In this document: one piece after another, positions 60,762 through 64,000 of the stretch
How positions within the stretch are numbered: the stretch's first letter is position 1
Layout: each line of letters opens with the position of its first letter
Assembly (NCBI GenBank): GCA_040222015.1
Contig: JAVJWO010000108.1
Span: forward strand, 15,240 to 79,239
DNA: 64,000 bases
Source: Coleofasciculus chthonoplastes F2-STO-03
Lineage (GTDB): Bacteria > Cyanobacteriota > Cyanobacteriia > Cyanobacteriales > Coleofasciculaceae
Direction: 5' to 3'
Made by a program: the position numbers and the translations under genes
Notes under the pieces: model-generated
What the model was told of the DNA's origin: nothing
The model's database searches: none
Seen by the model: only the letters and a program-made list of their open reading frames with translations

Positions 60762-61664
60762 TTACCCTTTAACTGAACCTGCCAAAATCCCCCGCACAAA
60801 ATACCGTTGCAGGGAAAAAAACACAATCAGGGGTACAATCATGGTGACAAAAGCCCCGGCTGTCAGCAAATGCCAAGCTTCACCGCGAGAGCCCACCAAC
60901 GTGGTTAAACGCATGGTTAAGGGGGCGACATCCGGTGTTCCTCCCAGATAGACTAAGGCGACTAATAAATCATTCCATACCCATAAAAATTGAAACACGG
61001 CAAAAGATGCGATCGCGGGCAGGGAAAGGGGTACAATTAAGCGTGTAAATGTAGTCAAATGCGACGCCCCATCCACCGCCGCCGCTTCGATTAAATCCTT
61101 GGGTAGGGAACCGATATAATTCCGGAGTAAATAAATCCCCAACGGCATCCCATACCCCGTATGGGCTAACCACACACCCAAAAACGAACCCGATAATCCC
61201 AACTGATTATAGGAGCGCAATACCGGAATTAGCGTCATCTGTAAGGGAACAACCAGCAACGCCACGACTAAAATAAATAACACCTGACGCCCTGGAAACT
61301 CCATCCAAGAAAATGCATAAGCTGCAAAGGTGGCGATAGCAATGGGAATAACTGTCGCGGGAATAGTAATGGTAAAGCTATTTAGAAATGCTTGTCCCAT
61401 TCCTTCCGCTGTCAAAACATCGATATAATTCCCTAACTGATATTGGGTGAAATCAAAGGGATGTTGAAACACCATCCACCAGCCACTTTCTAACAAATCA
61501 TCCTTCGGGCGTAGGGAACTGATCAATAAGCCAACGGTGGGTAATGTCCAAATTAAGGAAATGACGATTAAACTCAGGTGAACCGGAAGGCTATTAAAGG
61601 CATTTTGTAACTGATGAGACAGATGTTTGACAGAATTCGGTTTACGGCGACGTTTAGATTTCAT
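60762..61664 (-). CDS. Carbohydrate ABC permease (AglG/GgtD-like)
   Basis: EAAAVDGAS loop, FQFLWVWNDLLVAL, LQRYFVRG. Confidence 0.9.
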   Translation of the reverse strand: MKSKRRRKPNSVKHLSHQLQNAFNSLPVHLSLIVISLIWTLPTVGLLISSLRPKDDLLESGWWMVFQHPFDFTQYQLGNYIDVLTAEGMGQAFLNSFTITIPATVIPIAIATFAAYAFSWMEFPGRQVLFILVVALLVVPLQMTLIPVLRSYNQLGLSGSFLGVWLAHTGYGMPLGIYLLRNYIGSLPKDLIEAAAVDGASHLTTFTRLIVPLSLPAIASFAVFQFLWVWNDLLVALVYLGGTPDVAPLTMRLTTLVGSRGEAWHLLTAGAFVTMIVPLIVFFSLQRYFVRGILAGSVKG

Positions 61665-62638
61665 CGACTTGCCTCTTGCTGACGGAAGCGGCGGATATTC
61701 ACAACCATGATTGGTACAATTGCTAGTAATAAGATAACCGCGATCGCACTCCCCCTGCCATAGTCGCGATAGTTAAACATTTCCTTAATCATCCGCGAGG
61801 CAATCACTTCTGTGCCTTGATTCCCCGCCGTCATCACAAAGACAATATCAAACACCTTAAGTACCATAATCACCACTGTGGTTGTCACCACCGCTAAGGT
61901 AGAACGAATCATCGGGATGGTAATCCGCCAGAAAATTTTCACCTCACTCGCCCCATCCATGCGGGCGGCTTCAATAATATCTTTGGGAATCCCTTTAACG
62001 GCGGCGGAAAGCAACACCAGACAGAAACCGGTTTGCAGCCAGATCATAATCGCAATTAGGGCAAAATTGTTAATCGAGCGTTCCACTAACCAACCCACGG
62101 GTTCAAATCCCAGGCTGGTGATGATACCATTGAGTAAACCAATTTGCTCTGATCCGGCTGGGCGAAAGGCATAAACAAACCGCCAAATCACACTCGCGCC
62201 GACAAAGGAAATTGCCATGGGTAAAAAGATTAGCGACTTGGCGAGAGGTTCATAGCGTACCTTATCCATGAGTACCGCCAGAATCAAGCCAAACCCGACA
62301 CTAAACCCCGTCACCAGAACCAGCCATAACAAATTATTCCGAAACGCCACCAGCATCGCCTCACTGGTGAAAGCAAACTGATAATTCTCCCAGCCGACAA
62401 AATTTTGCGATCGCCGATCCAGAAAACTGATGTAAATTGTGTTCAGCGTGGGTAAAATCAAGTATGCCGTCAGCACCAGCAGGGCGGGGGCGAGATAAAT
62501 CCAAGGTAGAATTCGCGATTGCCATTTATGAGGTAAGGTGTTGGCTAGATAATTCATGGCATAAAAGAAGCCAAGCACACCGCCACAGCCAATAATTACG
62601 GCAATAATTACACTGATAATTTTACTGAAAACTGACAT
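61661..62638 (-). CDS. Carbohydrate ABC permease (AglF/GgtC-like)
   Basis: FLPMAISFVGASVIW, EAARMDGAS, LKVFDIV. Confidence 0.9.
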   Translation of the reverse strand: MSVFSKIISVIIAVIIGCGGVLGFFYAMNYLANTLPHKWQSRILPWIYLAPALLVLTAYLILPTLNTIYISFLDRRSQNFVGWENYQFAFTSEAMLVAFRNNLLWLVLVTGFSVGFGLILAVLMDKVRYEPLAKSLIFLPMAISFVGASVIWRFVYAFRPAGSEQIGLLNGIITSLGFEPVGWLVERSINNFALIAIMIWLQTGFCLVLLSAAVKGIPKDIIEAARMDGASEVKIFWRITIPMIRSTLAVVTTTVVIMVLKVFDIVFVMTAGNQGTEVIASRMIKEMFNYRDYGRGSAIAVILLLAIVPIMVVNIRRFRQQEASR

Positions 62639-62913
62639 AAGAATTTACTCTAACTGGAGGAAACCGATATCAATCCATCCTGTTACCATCCTCTATGATA
62701 ATCGTTCTATCCTATCTGTCTCGCTCTCAGTAGGGTGGGTTGAGCGAAGTCGAAACCCACCAGCCTTAAGGAGCGTGACATTCACCCTAGTTTGCACGCT
62801 CGATGGTTAAAAAGTCGTCATGCACTAGCTGTACTAAAGCGGGAAGTGTCAATTCTGCTGGTTTAAGTCTTGTAAAATAATTGTATCCTCGCTACCCTCT
62901 AAGAATTAAACCG

Positions 62914-63231
62914 ATGGCTCGCACCAAATCCGTTCGTCCTCGTCGTCAAGGCAGACTATTTCCGGAATATACGATACCCCCAGAGGAGTTAGCCAGACGG
63001 GAAGCGGAAAAAAATGCCCGGATAAAGCGCTATCGAGAGATTTTCGCTCAAGTCAGCCCTCAACTCATCCGAGATCATTACAACTGGTTTATGATTATTG
63101 AACCAAACAGTGGGGATTATTTTATTGATCCGGATGAAGATGTAGCGATGGAAAAAGCGCGTCAAAAATACCCAAGAGGTATGGTGGGAATTATGCGCCT
63201 TAACGAAACCGGAACTTGTGGCAAGATATGA
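62914..63231 (+). CDS. Hypothetical protein coupled to an aspartyl protease gene
   Basis: HYNWFMIIEPNSGDYFID...ARQKYP...RLNETG; ATGA overlap with the next gene. Confidence 0.7.
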   Translation: MARTKSVRPRRQGRLFPEYTIPPEELARREAEKNARIKRYREIFAQVSPQLIRDHYNWFMIIEPNSGDYFIDPDEDVAMEKARQKYPRGMVGIMRLNETGTCGKI

Positions 63232-63596
63232 TTTCAGGCAAGTTTGGTGAGATTGGTGAATTGATCTTTGAAATTGATTTAGTTGGCGCTGATGCAGAAC
63301 GATACCCCATTGATGTGTTATTAGATACAGGCTTTACAACGGGTTATTTAGCGCTTGATGCTCAAGATGTCCAAAGCTTGGGTTGGTCGATGATTGAAGG
63401 TGAACGTGCGATGCGAATGGTACAAGGGGAGGATTTTTTTGATATATATGAAGGCAGGGTTTTTCTGGATGAAAGGGAATATATTATTCCAGTATTAGCT
63501 GGATCAGGTATATCCGAACCGCTACTCGGTTTGCAGTGGTTGAAGATGCTACCACTGGCGGTGAATTTTGCAGCCGGAATGTTGACGCTGGGGTGA
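63228..63596 (+). CDS. Clan AA (retropepsin-like) aspartyl protease
   Basis: LLDTGFT catalytic motif; PLLGLQWL. Confidence 0.8.
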   Translation: MISGKFGEIGELIFEIDLVGADAERYPIDVLLDTGFTTGYLALDAQDVQSLGWSMIEGERAMRMVQGEDFFDIYEGRVFLDEREYIIPVLAGSGISEPLLGLQWLKMLPLAVNFAAGMLTLG

Positions 63597-63852
63597 ATGG
63601 CGAAAGAAGCGCCTGTGAGAGTTTGTCGGGGCGGGCGCGAGTCTTTCACAAAACCCGCCCTTACCCAAAAGTTGTGCTTTCCAAAAAGCAAACCCACAAA
63701 ACACGCGATCGCAACATTGGAAGGAGCACGTCAGTCATGGGTGTCAACTTAAGGTGAAAACTAATACTGGTAAGCATTTCACCCTCATCCCCTAACCCCT
63801 TCTCCCATCAAGGGAGAAGGGGAACCGCCCTCACCCCCATCCCCTCTCCCGT

Positions 63853-64000
63853 GCAAAAAAAGCGAAGCATCCTCTGTCCTCCCCCCTTGCCAAAAAAGCG
63901 AAGCATCCTTAGTCCTCCCCCCTTGCCAAAAAAGCGAAGCATCCTTAGTCCTCCCCCCTCGCCAAAAAAGCGAAGCATCCTTAGTCCTCCCCCCTCGCCA
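63853..64000 (+). repeat. ~35-bp tandem repeat (AAAAAAGCGAAGCATCCTTAGTCCTCCCCCC...), at least 4 copies, running to the window edge
   Basis: Direct reading; units abut with no unique spacers. Confidence 0.85.

Noticed and set aside
63853..64000. 35-bp repeats as a CRISPR array
   Set aside because: The repeats abut directly with no spacers.
1..64000. tRNA, rRNA or riboswitch genes; numerous short antisense ORFs in the track
   Set aside because: No convincing tRNA/rRNA/riboswitch pattern seen by eye (a covariance-model scan would be needed); short ORFs overlapping well-supported genes were treated as shadow ORFs.

Overview
This is cyanobacterial chromosomal DNA: HIP1 octamers (GCGATCGC) are dense, psbU is present, and REP-like and heptamer/nonamer repeats resemble those of filamentous Oscillatoriales/Coleofasciculus. 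Housekeeping genes (cobA-hemD, thiL, cyclophilin, efp, accB, mnmG, nadB, psbU, 1-Cys peroxiredoxin, cysK, NAD kinase, pepP, pyrB, sugar ABC transporter) flank two accessory regions. The first (~12.3-19.4 kb) looks like a defence island. It carries an Rpn/YhgA-like nuclease with a duplicated C-terminal cassette and a 1531-aa SMEK-STAND NTPase-TPR protein, bounded by diverged direct repeats. The second (~33-52 kb) is a type III-D CRISPR-Cas locus with csx3, an HD-less cas10, cas7/cas5/cas11 subunits, csx19, a CARF-RelE (Cami1-like) effector, a 12+1-repeat array and cas6, but no cas1/cas2. Toxin-antitoxin-like modules surround it. The most striking observation is a promoter-driven, degenerate repeat-spacer-repeat mini-array (34605-34774, minus strand) downstream of the cas operon. 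Its single spacer matches, at 28/34 aligned positions, the 5' UTR of the adjacent small membrane-protein gene, in the orientation that pairs with the mRNA. This is a candidate type III, RNA-level CRISPR-regulated gene or addiction module (CreTA-like). All product calls come from motif recognition by eye; no database searches were run.
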